Assembly: GCA_012839115.1 (NCBI GenBank)
Contig: DUNX01000094.1
Location: 88 to 64,087 of the forward strand
DNA length: 64,000 nucleotides
From: Bacillota bacterium
GTDB lineage: Bacteria; Bacillota; UBA4882; UBA10575
Reading direction: 5' to 3'
The translations under genes and the position numbers were made by a program. Under the pieces are notes generated by a model. It made no database searches, was not told the DNA's origin, and saw only the letters and a list, made by a program, of their open reading frames with translations. This document shows, piece after piece, positions 9,335 to 18,352 of this stretch (its first letter is position 1; each line of letters begins with the position of its first letter).

Positions 9335-9440
9335 CCAGAACTGACCGGAGTACCAAAATCGGATAAAGTCAAAATCGAGGTAAAGTTAAAACTGGAGTAA
9401 GTCAGAACTGACCGGAGTAAAATCAAAACGGACCGGAGTC
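9335..9440. repeat. Decayed tandem array (about 17-bp period, about 6 units; the 18-nt word CAGAACTGACCGGAGTA occurs twice, 67 bp apart)
   Basis: CAGAACTGACCGGAGTA lies at 9336-9352 and 9403-9419. Related units lie between them: ACCAAAATCGGATAAAG, TCAAAATCGAGGTAAAG, TTAAAACTGGAGTAAG. Confidence 0.8.
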
Positions 9441-9463
9441 AGGAAGGAGAGGAGGAAGAGGCG

Positions 9464-10027
9464 ATGGAAAAGCCGGATTTAACTGAAAAGAAGATCCGGG
9501 GAAGCCTGGTTTATGACGGGAATTTGCTCAAACTCCACCGGGACGAAGTGCTTCTCCCCGGAGGAAAAAAAACAGCACGCGAGTGGATTGATCATCCGGG
9601 GGCGGCAGCGGTTATCCCGGTGCTCCCCGGGAACCGGGTGGTACTGGTCCGGCAGTTCCGGTACCCTGTAGGCCGGGAGACCCTGGAAATACCCGCCGGG
9701 AAGCTGGATCCGGGAGAATCCCCTGAAGAATGCGCCAAACGGGAGACGGCGGAAGAAACCGGTTTTCATATCAACTCCCTGCAGAGTATCGGCGCTTTCT
9801 TGACTACTGCCGGTTTTACCGATGAGATCATCCATCTCTTTTACACCGCCGATCTGCAACCCTGCCGCCCCGGGCGGGAAGGGCCGGCCAATGCCGATGA
9901 GGACGAACATCTTTCTGTGGTTATTCACCCGCTCACAGAGGTTTTGCAGATGATTGACGAAGGATTAATTATGGACGCAAAGACCATCATCGCCTTTTTG
10001 CGGGCGCAAAGAAAAGGCCTGTTATAA
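9464..10027 (+). CDS. nudF: ADP-ribose pyrophosphatase (NUDIX hydrolase)
   Basis: 187 aa. Nudix box GKLDPGESPEECAKRETAEETG. Strong RBS GGAGGAGG upstream. Confidence 0.85.
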   Translation: MEKPDLTEKKIRGSLVYDGNLLKLHRDEVLLPGGKKTAREWIDHPGAAAVIPVLPGNRVVLVRQFRYPVGRETLEIPAGKLDPGESPEECAKRETAEETGFHINSLQSIGAFLTTAGFTDEIIHLFYTADLQPCRPGREGPANADEDEHLSVVIHPLTEVLQMIDEGLIMDAKTIIAFLRAQRKGLL

Positions 10028-10055
10028 TTTTATTAACTTACCGGCATATCATCCC

Positions 10056-10739
10056 TTGTCCTTTCATAATTATGTAACCAGGACAGGGGGTGGGGATTTG
10101 CTCTCCGAATACCGGCGGGAGGCTGTAATCAGATACATAGAAGATCGTATTTTCATCTTTCTTCTGGTCACATTGATTTTTATCACCGGCATTATTGGCG
10201 GCGCAGTTGCCGTCAACGGGCTGCGGGAAGGGCAGAAACTGGAGTTAGCCCAATATCTCCATCTATTTTTTCAAGGGTTTAAGCAGGAGAGCCGGCCGGC
10301 AGTGGATTTTGTCCCGGCCGGGAGGATCGTTCTCTCGCATTTGAAAACCCTTTTTCTCCTTTTTCTCTTCGGCTTTAGTGTCATTGGCGCGCCAGTAATC
10401 CTCTTTATTGTTTTTACCAAAGGCTTTATTCTCGGGTTTACAGCCGGTTTTATCCTGGAACAATGGGCGGGGCGGGGCTTTCTCTTTGTCATCGCCTCTC
10501 TTATTCCCCACCATATCCTGATTGTACCGGCGGTTTTGATCGCCGCCGTTGCCAATATTGATTTTGCCGGCGCGCTTTTGAAAGGTCGTTGGGGAAAGAA
10601 GGTCCCGTATCCGTTAACCGGGGAATTACTCCGCTGTCTGGGACTGAACGGTGCTTCTTTTCTTCTCTTGCTCATTGCAGGGTTGGTGGAAGGAGTGCTT
10701 TCCCCGTATTTGATTTACTGGGTGGCGCAGCTTTTTTAA
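10056..10739 (+). CDS. spoIIM: Stage II sporulation protein M
   Basis: Polytopic membrane protein of about 210-227 aa with SpoIIM-like topology. Conserved position between nudF and xerD. The real start is possibly the TTG near 10097. Confidence 0.78.
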   Translation: MSFHNYVTRTGGGDLLSEYRREAVIRYIEDRIFIFLLVTLIFITGIIGGAVAVNGLREGQKLELAQYLHLFFQGFKQESRPAVDFVPAGRIVLSHLKTLFLLFLFGFSVIGAPVILFIVFTKGFILGFTAGFILEQWAGRGFLFVIASLIPHHILIVPAVLIAAVANIDFAGALLKGRWGKKVPYPLTGELLRCLGLNGASFLLLLIAGLVEGVLSPYLIYWVAQLF

Positions 10740-10905
10740 GTGGAAAACTTTCTCTTGAATTTAAAAAAGGAATTCCCAATTAATATGTCGAAACTGAGAG
10801 AAGAGAATAGAGGCGCGCGGGCAACAGATACGTACGCGCCGATTAATGTCTTGTGCGCCGTATCTGCCATGAGTGAGAACGAGGAGATAATCCGAGGAAA
10901 AGGAG

Positions 10906-11802
10906 TTGGCTGTCTTGTATCCGTATTTAGAAGAATTTATTGACTACCTGGCAGTAGAGCGGGGATTGGCTGCCAATACCCTGGAGTCATACGGTAGGGA
11001 TCTTCGCCAGTACCTAACCTATCTGACGGAAAAGAAGAAAATGTCACTGGCGGAGACAACTCCAGCCACTGTTGTCGGGTTTCTACTCCATCTCCAAGCT
11101 AAAGGGCGCGCTACATCCACAATTTCCCGGATGTTGGCTTCGATTAAGTGCTATTATCATTTTTTAGCAGGAGAAGAAATTATCCCCAGGGACCCCACGA
11201 TCAATCTGGACGCCCCTAAACAAGAGAAAAAATTGCCGCGGGTCTTGTCCGTGGAAAATGTCTTAAGACTCCTGCAGCAGCCGGATTTGAAAACACCGTC
11301 GGGGATTAGGGACCGGACAATGCTGGAGGTTCTCTATGCCACCGGGCTCCGTGTTTCCGAACTGGTTTCGTTGAAAATTTCCGATGTCAATTTGGAGGAA
11401 GGATACCTTCGTTGCCTGGGTAAGGGGGCAAAAGAAAGGATTATCCCGCTGGGGACGGAAGCGGTTAGATACTTAAAGTCCTATCTCAACCACGCCAGGA
11501 AGTTTTTGGCCTCGAATCCGGCGGAAGACGCCCTTTTCTTGAATCATCATGGACACAGCCTTACCCGGCAAGGCTTTTGGAAGATCATCAAAAAGTATGC
11601 GGAAAAACTGAATATCGCCGGTTCCATAACCCCTCACACCCTCCGGCATTCCTTTGCCACCCATTTACTGGAGAACGGGGCCGACCTCCGGTCTGTCCAA
11701 GAAATGCTGGGACATGCCGACATCTCGACAACGCAGATTTATACGCAACTAACAAAGAACAGGCTTAAGGAGGTCTATGACAAAGCCCATCCCCGGGCAT
11801 AA
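10906..11802 (+). CDS. xerD: Site-specific tyrosine recombinase XerD
   Basis: N-terminal SAM-like domain (LAANTLESYGRDL) and catalytic region (ATGLRVSELVSL...HTLRHSFATHLLENGADLRSVQEMLGHADISTTQIYT). The alternative start TTG at 10915 has better RBS spacing. Confidence 0.88.
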   Translation: MAVLYPYLEEFIDYLAVERGLAANTLESYGRDLRQYLTYLTEKKKMSLAETTPATVVGFLLHLQAKGRATSTISRMLASIKCYYHFLAGEEIIPRDPTINLDAPKQEKKLPRVLSVENVLRLLQQPDLKTPSGIRDRTMLEVLYATGLRVSELVSLKISDVNLEEGYLRCLGKGAKERIIPLGTEAVRYLKSYLNHARKFLASNPAEDALFLNHHGHSLTRQGFWKIIKKYAEKLNIAGSITPHTLRHSFATHLLENGADLRSVQEMLGHADISTTQIYTQLTKNRLKEVYDKAHPRA

Positions 11803-11809
11803 AAATGAC

Positions 11810-12040
11810 AATTCAGGTACATGCCATAAGGATGATGCTATAAGCCTGATGTCATAAGGATCTTTCACGTGCTCAATTAGTCCGCTTTAAGCGTGCACGC
11901 ATAAAAAAGCGTGATGCATAAGGCGTACACGCCAAAAAGCACCGTGCTCAAAAGCGTCGCGCTTTTAGTGCCGCGCTTTTAAGCGTAAGCGCAACCTTTA
12001 AACGCGTGACGCCTGTAGCGCGTGTTTTTTTATTTTTGTT
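11810..12040. repeat. Word-rich convergent spacer (CATAAGG x3-4, AAGCGT x4, GCGCTTTTA x2, GTGCTCAA x2; 10-nt palindrome GCGTGCACGC at 11891-11900)
   Basis: Read directly between the xerD stop (11802) and the stop of the minus-strand gene (12088). Ends in a T-rich run at 12024-12040. Confidence 0.6.
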
Positions 12041-12087
12041 TTATCTTTGCTTTCGGGGTTTTATTTGTCCATCTTGCGCCGGGGTTA

Positions 12088-13128
12088 TTATTTATGCATT
12101 AGGTAGCGGAGGAAGAAGAGTCCCCCAATAAGAGTGGTCAGATAGTAACTGAGGAAACGCCAGATCACCACGGAAACGGCTAAGAGGTGCTTGGGGAGGT
12201 AGATTGAGAAGAGGGAATAGAGTCCCATTTCTGTAAAACCGCTACCGCCGGGGATCGGGATCAAGGAAACCAGGAATAGGATGACGAATTCCAGAAGAAA
12301 CAGGCGGAAGAGGCGGTGGCCAATATTTACACCGAAGCCTTTCAAAACAGCGGGGGCGATGGAGAGGTTAATAAGCCAATAAAGAACGGTCAGGGAAATA
12401 ACCCCGACCACTGGTAAGAAACGGTGACGGAGAATCGTGACCAAACAGCTTTGAAACTCTTGCACTTCGCAAAGGAACCGTTCACAGATGGCTTCAGCCC
12501 GGGCGCCGAGGATCTTCCGGACCAGCCCGAGGGAGAAGACCTTTTTCACCAGGGCTCTTCCATAATGAGGCCGCCAGATAACGACCAGCAGGAAAACGAA
12601 GGAGAGAACCAGAAGGAATAGAAGCATGCTGTTGATGACGACTGACAAGTGTTGAATTCCCAGTTCCTCCAGGAGCCTGCGGCGGAATAAATAGAGGGCG
12701 GCAGGCCCGCCGATCATGAAGAAAAGGGAAGTAAAGACCATCCGGGTCGTAACAATGGCGGTAGCTTTGCCCAGGGAGACCCCTAGACGGTGGAAGAGGT
12801 AAACCTGGGCGGGGACACTCCCGGAAGTAAAAGGGGTTATATTTCCGGTAAAGAGTCCGACCATATTAATCCGGAGGATATTACTAAACCCTACTTTTTC
12901 GCCAAGGGTACCGGCGATCAGCTTTACCCTTAACGCTTCAACAAGCCAGGAAGCAATCACCAAAATCAAGAGCAAAAAGATGGTTTCCGGGTTAAAATAA
13001 AAAATGCTGCGCCAGGTATCAGGGGTGGCGGAATGGAAAAAAAGGAAGGTCAGGGTTGCCAAACTAAAAAGCAGGGTCAGGGTAAGTCCTTTTTTTAAAA
13101 AAGAAGCCGACAGTTTTCCTGTTTCCAT
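12088..13128 (-). CDS. Flippase-like / lysyl-phosphatidylglycerol-synthase transmembrane-domain family protein (UPF0104)
   Basis: 346 aa with about 8 TM segments. Lys-rich N-terminus and a conserved-looking NITPFTSGSVPAQVYL segment typical of PF03706-type proteins. RBS AGGAGG lies before the ATG at 13128. Confidence 0.7.
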   Translation of the reverse strand: METGKLSASFLKKGLTLTLLFSLATLTFLFFHSATPDTWRSIFYFNPETIFLLLILVIASWLVEALRVKLIAGTLGEKVGFSNILRINMVGLFTGNITPFTSGSVPAQVYLFHRLGVSLGKATAIVTTRMVFTSLFFMIGGPAALYLFRRRLLEELGIQHLSVVINSMLLFLLVLSFVFLLVVIWRPHYGRALVKKVFSLGLVRKILGARAEAICERFLCEVQEFQSCLVTILRHRFLPVVGVISLTVLYWLINLSIAPAVLKGFGVNIGHRLFRLFLLEFVILFLVSLIPIPGGSGFTEMGLYSLFSIYLPKHLLAVSVVIWRFLSYYLTTLIGGLFFLRYLMHK

Positions 13129-13467
13129 GAGGAGCCTCCTGAAAAATTAATGAGGGAAAACCCCCTGCGTGGCCCAGACCATATCCGGCGCCAATAGATA
13201 GCCTTCCCGGCCGCTAATAGCTAGTCTTTGCATATGAAGGTTTCGTACGAAGGTTTTATTCCAACAAATATATTTTATTCTCCAAAAAAGGCCGGTTTCC
13301 TGCTGGTGTTTTTTGTTCCTTGTTTTGCAGGAAGAAATCTATGCGCATTCTCTTGCCTGCTCCAGCGAAAAAAGGGAAAGCAGGAACCGGAAAAGGAGAA
13401 AGTAGGAATCTAATGGATAGAATAGAAAAAAAGATATATCTTAAAGAAGAACTGGAGGAGGGAAAAG

Positions 13468-14964
13468 ATGACCAGGAGCCTACGGGTGGATTGTTATGAT
13501 GAAACGGTGGAAGCTGCAGCAGAGATGGGACGCAAGGAGAACGCGGGTTTTATCCTAAGGATTCAGGAGAAAAAAGAGCTTCTCTTCAACCTGAATAACG
13601 GGGAAACGGAGGAGATTGCCACCACTTCTTTACGGGGAATGGGGATCCAGGTATGTACCTCTGAAGGGTACACCGGATTTGCTTCTTCCGACCGGATTGC
13701 CCCTTCGACTGTAAAGGAGCTTTTCCGGCAAGCCTTGGCGCTGGCCAAGAGGGTCGAAGCAATGAAAGGCGAGGTCAATACGGCGCTTTTTAACGTACCG
13801 CCCAATAACCGGCGGGTGGTTATGTCTTTGAAACACCCGTATGGCTCCTGTTCATTGGGGGAAATTGAGGAACGGTTGGTTAAGTTAAATAAAAGCCTGG
13901 CCATGGATCCCCGGCTTTCAGTCCGTACCGTTCACCGGCTGGTGGATGAAGAATGGCGGGTGGCGCGGCACGACGGGACGGATACCGTTTTTATGACACC
14001 CCGCTCCTTTATTTATAATACCTTCACTGCCCGTGAAAACGGGAGGACGGCCACTACTTACAGTAATCTGCCAGGGACCGACCTCTCGATTCTCCTGGAA
14101 CCGGCGGAAACCGCCAAGTTGTATAAAAAGTCGGTTCCCGCGGCGAAGATGGCTTTAGCTCTCTTGAACACCGGGACGGTAAAAAGCGGCTCGTATAAGC
14201 TGGTAATCGATTACGCCTTGGCCAAAGTGCTGGCTCATGAGGCCTTCGGGCACGCGGCGGAGACCGACGGGATGGAAAGCTCCATCCTGGGGGAGAACGG
14301 CCGCTTGCGCCGGGGGATGGAGGTGGCTTCCCCCATTGTTTCGATAATCGACGGCCCGGTGGAAGGGGATTATGCCTACCAGCCGGTCAGTGCCAACGGC
14401 ATTGACCGGCAGACCGTCTATATCGTCCGGGACGGGATCCTCGAGGCTGGCCTGGCCGACCTGTTTTCCGCAGAGGCGGCGGGGGTTCCCGTTACCGGGG
14501 CGGGAAGAGCCGAGGCCTTTTACCACCTGCCTCTGGCGCGAATGTCGAATATCCGGATCCAGGTGAAGGACCCCTGGCCTATTGAGGAAGAGTTTGAGGA
14601 GATAACCCCGGAAAAACTCTATAAGTACATGCTCCAGGCCGGCCTTATGGAAGAGGACGAGGAGGTCTATTACCTCTCCGGTTTCAAGGGCGGCCAGGTT
14701 AATACCGCCGAGGGAAATTTCGTTTTTAACTGTTCCGGCATCTACCGGCTGGGGCCGGTACCCCGTCTTTACCGGCCGGCCATCTATTCCGGGAGGGTCC
14801 TAACGGCGCTCCAGGCGGTCCGGGCGGGTCTTGGGCCTTTAAAGATCGATGCGATGGGGACTTGCGGGAAAATGTTTCAAGGAGTGCCGTCCAGCGGCGG
14901 TTCCCATTATTTTTTGGTTTTGGAGAAAAACCCCGGGATTATGCTTGGAGGTGAAGGCGGGTGA
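13468..14964 (+). CDS. tldD: TldD-family metalloprotease
   Basis: 498 aa. HExxxH-type motif AHEAFGHAAE plus a C-terminal GxC region (MGTCGK) typical of TldD. RBS GGAGGAGGG. Confidence 0.85.
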   Translation: MTRSLRVDCYDETVEAAAEMGRKENAGFILRIQEKKELLFNLNNGETEEIATTSLRGMGIQVCTSEGYTGFASSDRIAPSTVKELFRQALALAKRVEAMKGEVNTALFNVPPNNRRVVMSLKHPYGSCSLGEIEERLVKLNKSLAMDPRLSVRTVHRLVDEEWRVARHDGTDTVFMTPRSFIYNTFTARENGRTATTYSNLPGTDLSILLEPAETAKLYKKSVPAAKMALALLNTGTVKSGSYKLVIDYALAKVLAHEAFGHAAETDGMESSILGENGRLRRGMEVASPIVSIIDGPVEGDYAYQPVSANGIDRQTVYIVRDGILEAGLADLFSAEAAGVPVTGAGRAEAFYHLPLARMSNIRIQVKDPWPIEEEFEEITPEKLYKYMLQAGLMEEDEEVYYLSGFKGGQVNTAEGNFVFNCSGIYRLGPVPRLYRPAIYSGRVLTALQAVRAGLGPLKIDAMGTCGKMFQGVPSSGGSHYFLVLEKNPGIMLGGEGG

Positions 14965-16283
14965 GCGTATTTGGTGAACAACTGCAGGAACGCTTGAATA
15001 TGCTCCTGGGAAAGAGGCTTTCTTCCGGATTAACCCTGACCGGCTGGAGGTTTGACCTGCACGAAGAGGAGCATTTGGAAGCTGGGCTGAAAAACAATAA
15101 AATTGGCGGGCCTTATACCGCCCCGGGTTTAAAACAGGAGAGCAGCGGCGAGATCTGCCTGCTTTGGGCGGAGGAGAAATATACCATTGCCCGGATTGAA
15201 CGGCGGGTATTGGAGGAGTTCGAGGCCAACCTGGAGCTTTGGGAGAAGACGGCCTACAAGGATCCCTACAGACCGGGGCTGGTAAAACCCTATGAACCTC
15301 CGGCCGTGCCTTTGGCTCACGAAGGCGCCGTAGCGATCCTGGATGGAGAGTTTACACCGGCCTTTACTTATTTGGCGGAGGGATTAGAGACAATAACCGG
15401 TTATGGCATAAGCAAGGTCGACGGGTGGGTGAGAGTCTCCCGCGACCGCCGGCTTGTCGCCAATTCGGATGGCTTGTGGATCAGTTATGAGCAGACGCCG
15501 GTCGAGATCTACCTACAAGGAGAGGACCTTTTTGGCGAGGTTTTTGCGGAAAAACGCCTGCCCGCCCCGGAGGAATTTAGTGGATTGGCTGTTCATACCG
15601 GCCGGACGGTTAAGGAACTGAAGAAGAAGACGGTTTTGCCCCGGGAGGGCGAGATGCCTATTATCTTCACGCCCAGGGTGTTTGAGGCCTTTCTCGAGCA
15701 TTATTTGCTCAGTAATTTAAGCGGCCGGTTGGTGGCCAACAGGCAGAGCGCCTTTGCGGCCCAGGATTTTCACGAGGCTAAAAAGGTCTTCCGGGAGGAT
15801 TTGACGATCAGTGTGGATGGTACCCGTCCCTACCGTTATAGTTCGTACCGGTGTACCGGGGAGGGGGTACCGACCGGCCGTGCCGATCTGATCCGGGGAG
15901 GGCGGCTCGTGACGCCGGTCCTGAACCTTAAGTACGCCAAGAAGCTGGGGATGGAGCCGACGCCGGTGCCGGTGGCCGGCGGTCATGGTTTAGTGATTGA
16001 CCTCCCGCACCGGCGAGGCTTTGAAGAGTTCCTTGGGGAACTGGAAGACTGTCTCATCGTTTATTCGGTATTGGGTCTGCATACCCAGGATTATTCGGCG
16101 GGTAAGTTCTCACTCGCCGCCGACCAGAGTCTTTTGGTGCAAAAGGGCCGGATCCAGGGGAAGGTGGAGACTGTACTCGCCGGGGATTTCTGGCAGATCC
16201 TGGCCAGGGAAGACACGGTTTTCCTGGATTATCCGCGGGAGGAGGCTCCGGCCGTCTGTTTTACGGCCCATGTGGCCCAGTAG
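14961..16283 (+). CDS. pmbA: TldE/PmbA-family protein (non-catalytic partner of TldD)
   Basis: 440 aa. GTG start overlaps the tldD stop by 4 nt (translational coupling). TldD/PmbA-fold C-terminus (VYSVLGLHTQDYSAGKFSL) without the HExxxH motif. Confidence 0.75.
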   Translation: MSVFGEQLQERLNMLLGKRLSSGLTLTGWRFDLHEEEHLEAGLKNNKIGGPYTAPGLKQESSGEICLLWAEEKYTIARIERRVLEEFEANLELWEKTAYKDPYRPGLVKPYEPPAVPLAHEGAVAILDGEFTPAFTYLAEGLETITGYGISKVDGWVRVSRDRRLVANSDGLWISYEQTPVEIYLQGEDLFGEVFAEKRLPAPEEFSGLAVHTGRTVKELKKKTVLPREGEMPIIFTPRVFEAFLEHYLLSNLSGRLVANRQSAFAAQDFHEAKKVFREDLTISVDGTRPYRYSSYRCTGEGVPTGRADLIRGGRLVTPVLNLKYAKKLGMEPTPVPVAGGHGLVIDLPHRRGFEEFLGELEDCLIVYSVLGLHTQDYSAGKFSLAADQSLLVQKGRIQGKVETVLAGDFWQILAREDTVFLDYPREEAPAVCFTAHVAQ

Positions 16284-16447
16284 AAAGAGAACCTGTTCAC
16301 GCCGGCTTATGCTGGCAGGGCACGAGTGGAGTGTGGCGAGACTGGGGGCTGACCCGCCGGCAATCCGGCAAGGGCGCCCCCAGGCGCGCTGGGGTTGAGC
16401 GCCGGGCCCGGGTCTGGTTTTAGGCGTTTAACTTCAGCGGCATGCTT

Positions 16448-16515
16448 GAGCACGAGCAACGAGTTACGAGCAACGAGCGACGAGCAACGAGAGACGAGTC
16501 TGCGACGAGCACTGA
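16448..16515. repeat. ACGAG(C/T/A) word array (8 copies at 6-9 nt spacing)
   Basis: GAGCACGAGCAACGAGTTACGAGCAACGAGCGACGAGCAACGAGAGACGAGTCTGCGACGAGCACTGAG, read directly upstream of murD. Confidence 0.85.
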
Positions 16516-16572
16516 GAAGGATCTTCTTTATCAGCGGCGAAATGAAGTAAGAAGGAAATTCAAGGCAAGGTT

Positions 16573-17994
16573 GTGGTTTTTTTAATGACGTATACCGGTA
16601 AAAAAGTGGCGGTTATTGGTTTGGCCGTGAATAATACACCTTTAATAAGGTTTCTGGTTGAACAGGGAGCAGAAGTAACTGTCTTGGATAGAAAAACCCG
16701 TGATGAACTGCGAGAATATCTGGACCGGCTGACGGGGCTGCCGGTCACTTACCGTTTAGGCCCGGATTACCTTGAATATTTGCCTGGGCACGAGGTGGTT
16801 TTTCTCTCCCCCGGCGTCCCGAGGGGGCTTCCTGCCTTACAAGAAGCGGCGACGAGCGGCGCGGTTTTCAGCAGTGAACTGCGGGTTTTTTTGGCCGAGA
16901 ACCGGCGACGGAGCCGTTCGCCGGTTCTCGGGGTTACGGGGAGCAGCGGGAAGACCACCACCACCACTCTACTCGGGATGATGCTGGAAAAGGAGAAACC
17001 GGTGAAGGTGGGGGGGAATATTGGCCGGCCGCCGCTGTCTTTTTTACCGGAACTGACCCCGGAGACCTGGGTTATCCTTGAACTCAGCAGTTTTCAGTTG
17101 CAGGACTTGGGTTACAGTCCCCGGATCGCCGTTTTACTTAACATCACCCCCAATCACCTTGATGTGCACAGTTCCTTTGCCGAATATGTCCAGGCTAAAG
17201 AGGAGATCATCAAAAACCAGTCCAGTGACGATATTGCCATCTTTAATTGGGATAACCCGGTCACCCGCCGGTTGGCCGCGACAGCTAGAGGAAAGGTCTA
17301 TTTCTTTTCCAGGTGCACCTCCAGGTGCACCCAGCCGGAGACCGGCGCTTTCCTCAAAAACGGCGATATCATCTTGAAACTGGACGGGAAGAGGGAAGAG
17401 TATATCTGCCCGGCGGCAGAAAGGCGGCTTCCGGGGGAACACAACTTGGAGAATATCCTTGCCGCCGCCCTCGCCGCCCGCCTGGCCGGCGCTTCCCCGG
17501 CGGCGATCGCCGGTGCTATCCGGGAATTCAAAGGGGTCGAGCACCGTTTGGAGTTCCTCCGGGAGTTGGACGGGGTCGCTTATTACAACGATTCGAAGGC
17601 TACCACCCCCGAAGAGACCATCGCCGGGCTGCGCGCTCTTTCCGCCCCGGTGGTCTTGATTGCCGGCGGGTATGATAAGAAACTTCCTTTCACGGAATTG
17701 GCCAAAGTGGCGGCGGAAAGGTGCCGGGTGGTGATCCTGATGGGGGCGACCGCAGAGAAAATCCGGGAAGCCCTTGAAAAGGAGGAGGGGAGGGACCGGT
17801 TGCTTTCCGGGATCTACCAGGCGGCCACTTTGGAGGAGGCGGTGGCAATTGCCAGGAGCAAAGCCGGATCCGGTGAAACGGTATTGCTTTCACCGGCCTG
17901 TGCCAGTTATGATATGTTCCGTAATTTTGAAGAACGGGGACGGCGCTTTAAAGAGCTGGTCTTCAGTATGCAACCGCTAGAAAAGAGAGAATAG
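16573..17994 (+). CDS. murD: UDP-N-acetylmuramoyl-L-alanine--D-glutamate ligase
   Basis: N-terminal Rossmann segment KKVAVIGLAVNN, P-loop GVTGSSGKTTTT, and C-terminal LLSPACASYDMFRNFEERGRRF typical of MurD. Likely start is the ATG at 16585 (MTYTGKK). Not embedded in a dcw cluster here. Confidence 0.88.
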   Translation: MVFLMTYTGKKVAVIGLAVNNTPLIRFLVEQGAEVTVLDRKTRDELREYLDRLTGLPVTYRLGPDYLEYLPGHEVVFLSPGVPRGLPALQEAATSGAVFSSELRVFLAENRRRSRSPVLGVTGSSGKTTTTTLLGMMLEKEKPVKVGGNIGRPPLSFLPELTPETWVILELSSFQLQDLGYSPRIAVLLNITPNHLDVHSSFAEYVQAKEEIIKNQSSDDIAIFNWDNPVTRRLAATARGKVYFFSRCTSRCTQPETGAFLKNGDIILKLDGKREEYICPAAERRLPGEHNLENILAAALAARLAGASPAAIAGAIREFKGVEHRLEFLRELDGVAYYNDSKATTPEETIAGLRALSAPVVLIAGGYDKKLPFTELAKVAAERCRVVILMGATAEKIREALEKEEGRDRLLSGIYQAATLEEAVAIARSKAGSGETVLLSPACASYDMFRNFEERGRRFKELVFSMQPLEKRE

Positions 17995-18006
17995 GAGGGT
18001 CGTCAG

Positions 18007-18234
18007 TTGTGGACGGTTCTATATATTGCGCCCAGCCGGTCGGTGGCTTTGCGAATTCGGGATTTTATGGAAGCCGAAGGGATCCTGGTCCGCTTACGCC
18101 CTCTTGGCCTGCGGACGGACGATCATACTACTGATTATGAGATTCTAGTAACCGAGGTAGAGTTGGAGGAGGCGCAGGAAGTTTTGCACCAAGCCCTCCA
18201 AGTCCGTCAATTCAGGGAATTAAGAACGAAGTAA
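18007..18234 (+). CDS. Small hypothetical protein (75 aa), apparently coupled to murD
   Basis: TTG start lies 7 nt after GGAGGG, which overlaps the murD stop. Acidic C-terminal helix. No family recognised. Confidence 0.5.
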   Translation: MWTVLYIAPSRSVALRIRDFMEAEGILVRLRPLGLRTDDHTTDYEILVTEVELEEAQEVLHQALQVRQFRELRTK

Positions 18235-18352
18235 CATATTACAGAAGGAATTAGCAGAGACTTGCCGAATTCTTTTACTTTATTGTTTTTTAAGATTATT
18301 GTTTTTAAGATTATTTTCAAGGTGATGGCAGGACGGTGAGGTGTTGCAACAG

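Noticed and set aside
10906-11802. Tyrosine recombinase as a marker of an integrated mobile element
   Set aside because: The sequence and the conserved nudF-spoIIM-xerD neighbourhood indicate the chromosomal dimer-resolution recombinase XerD. There are no att-like flanks, no phage or IS genes, and no compositional break.
13228-13413. 61-aa ORF in the divergent spacer upstream of tldD
   Set aside because: No RBS and a hydrophobic / low-complexity translation of a T-rich repeat region. More likely promoter / UTR sequence.
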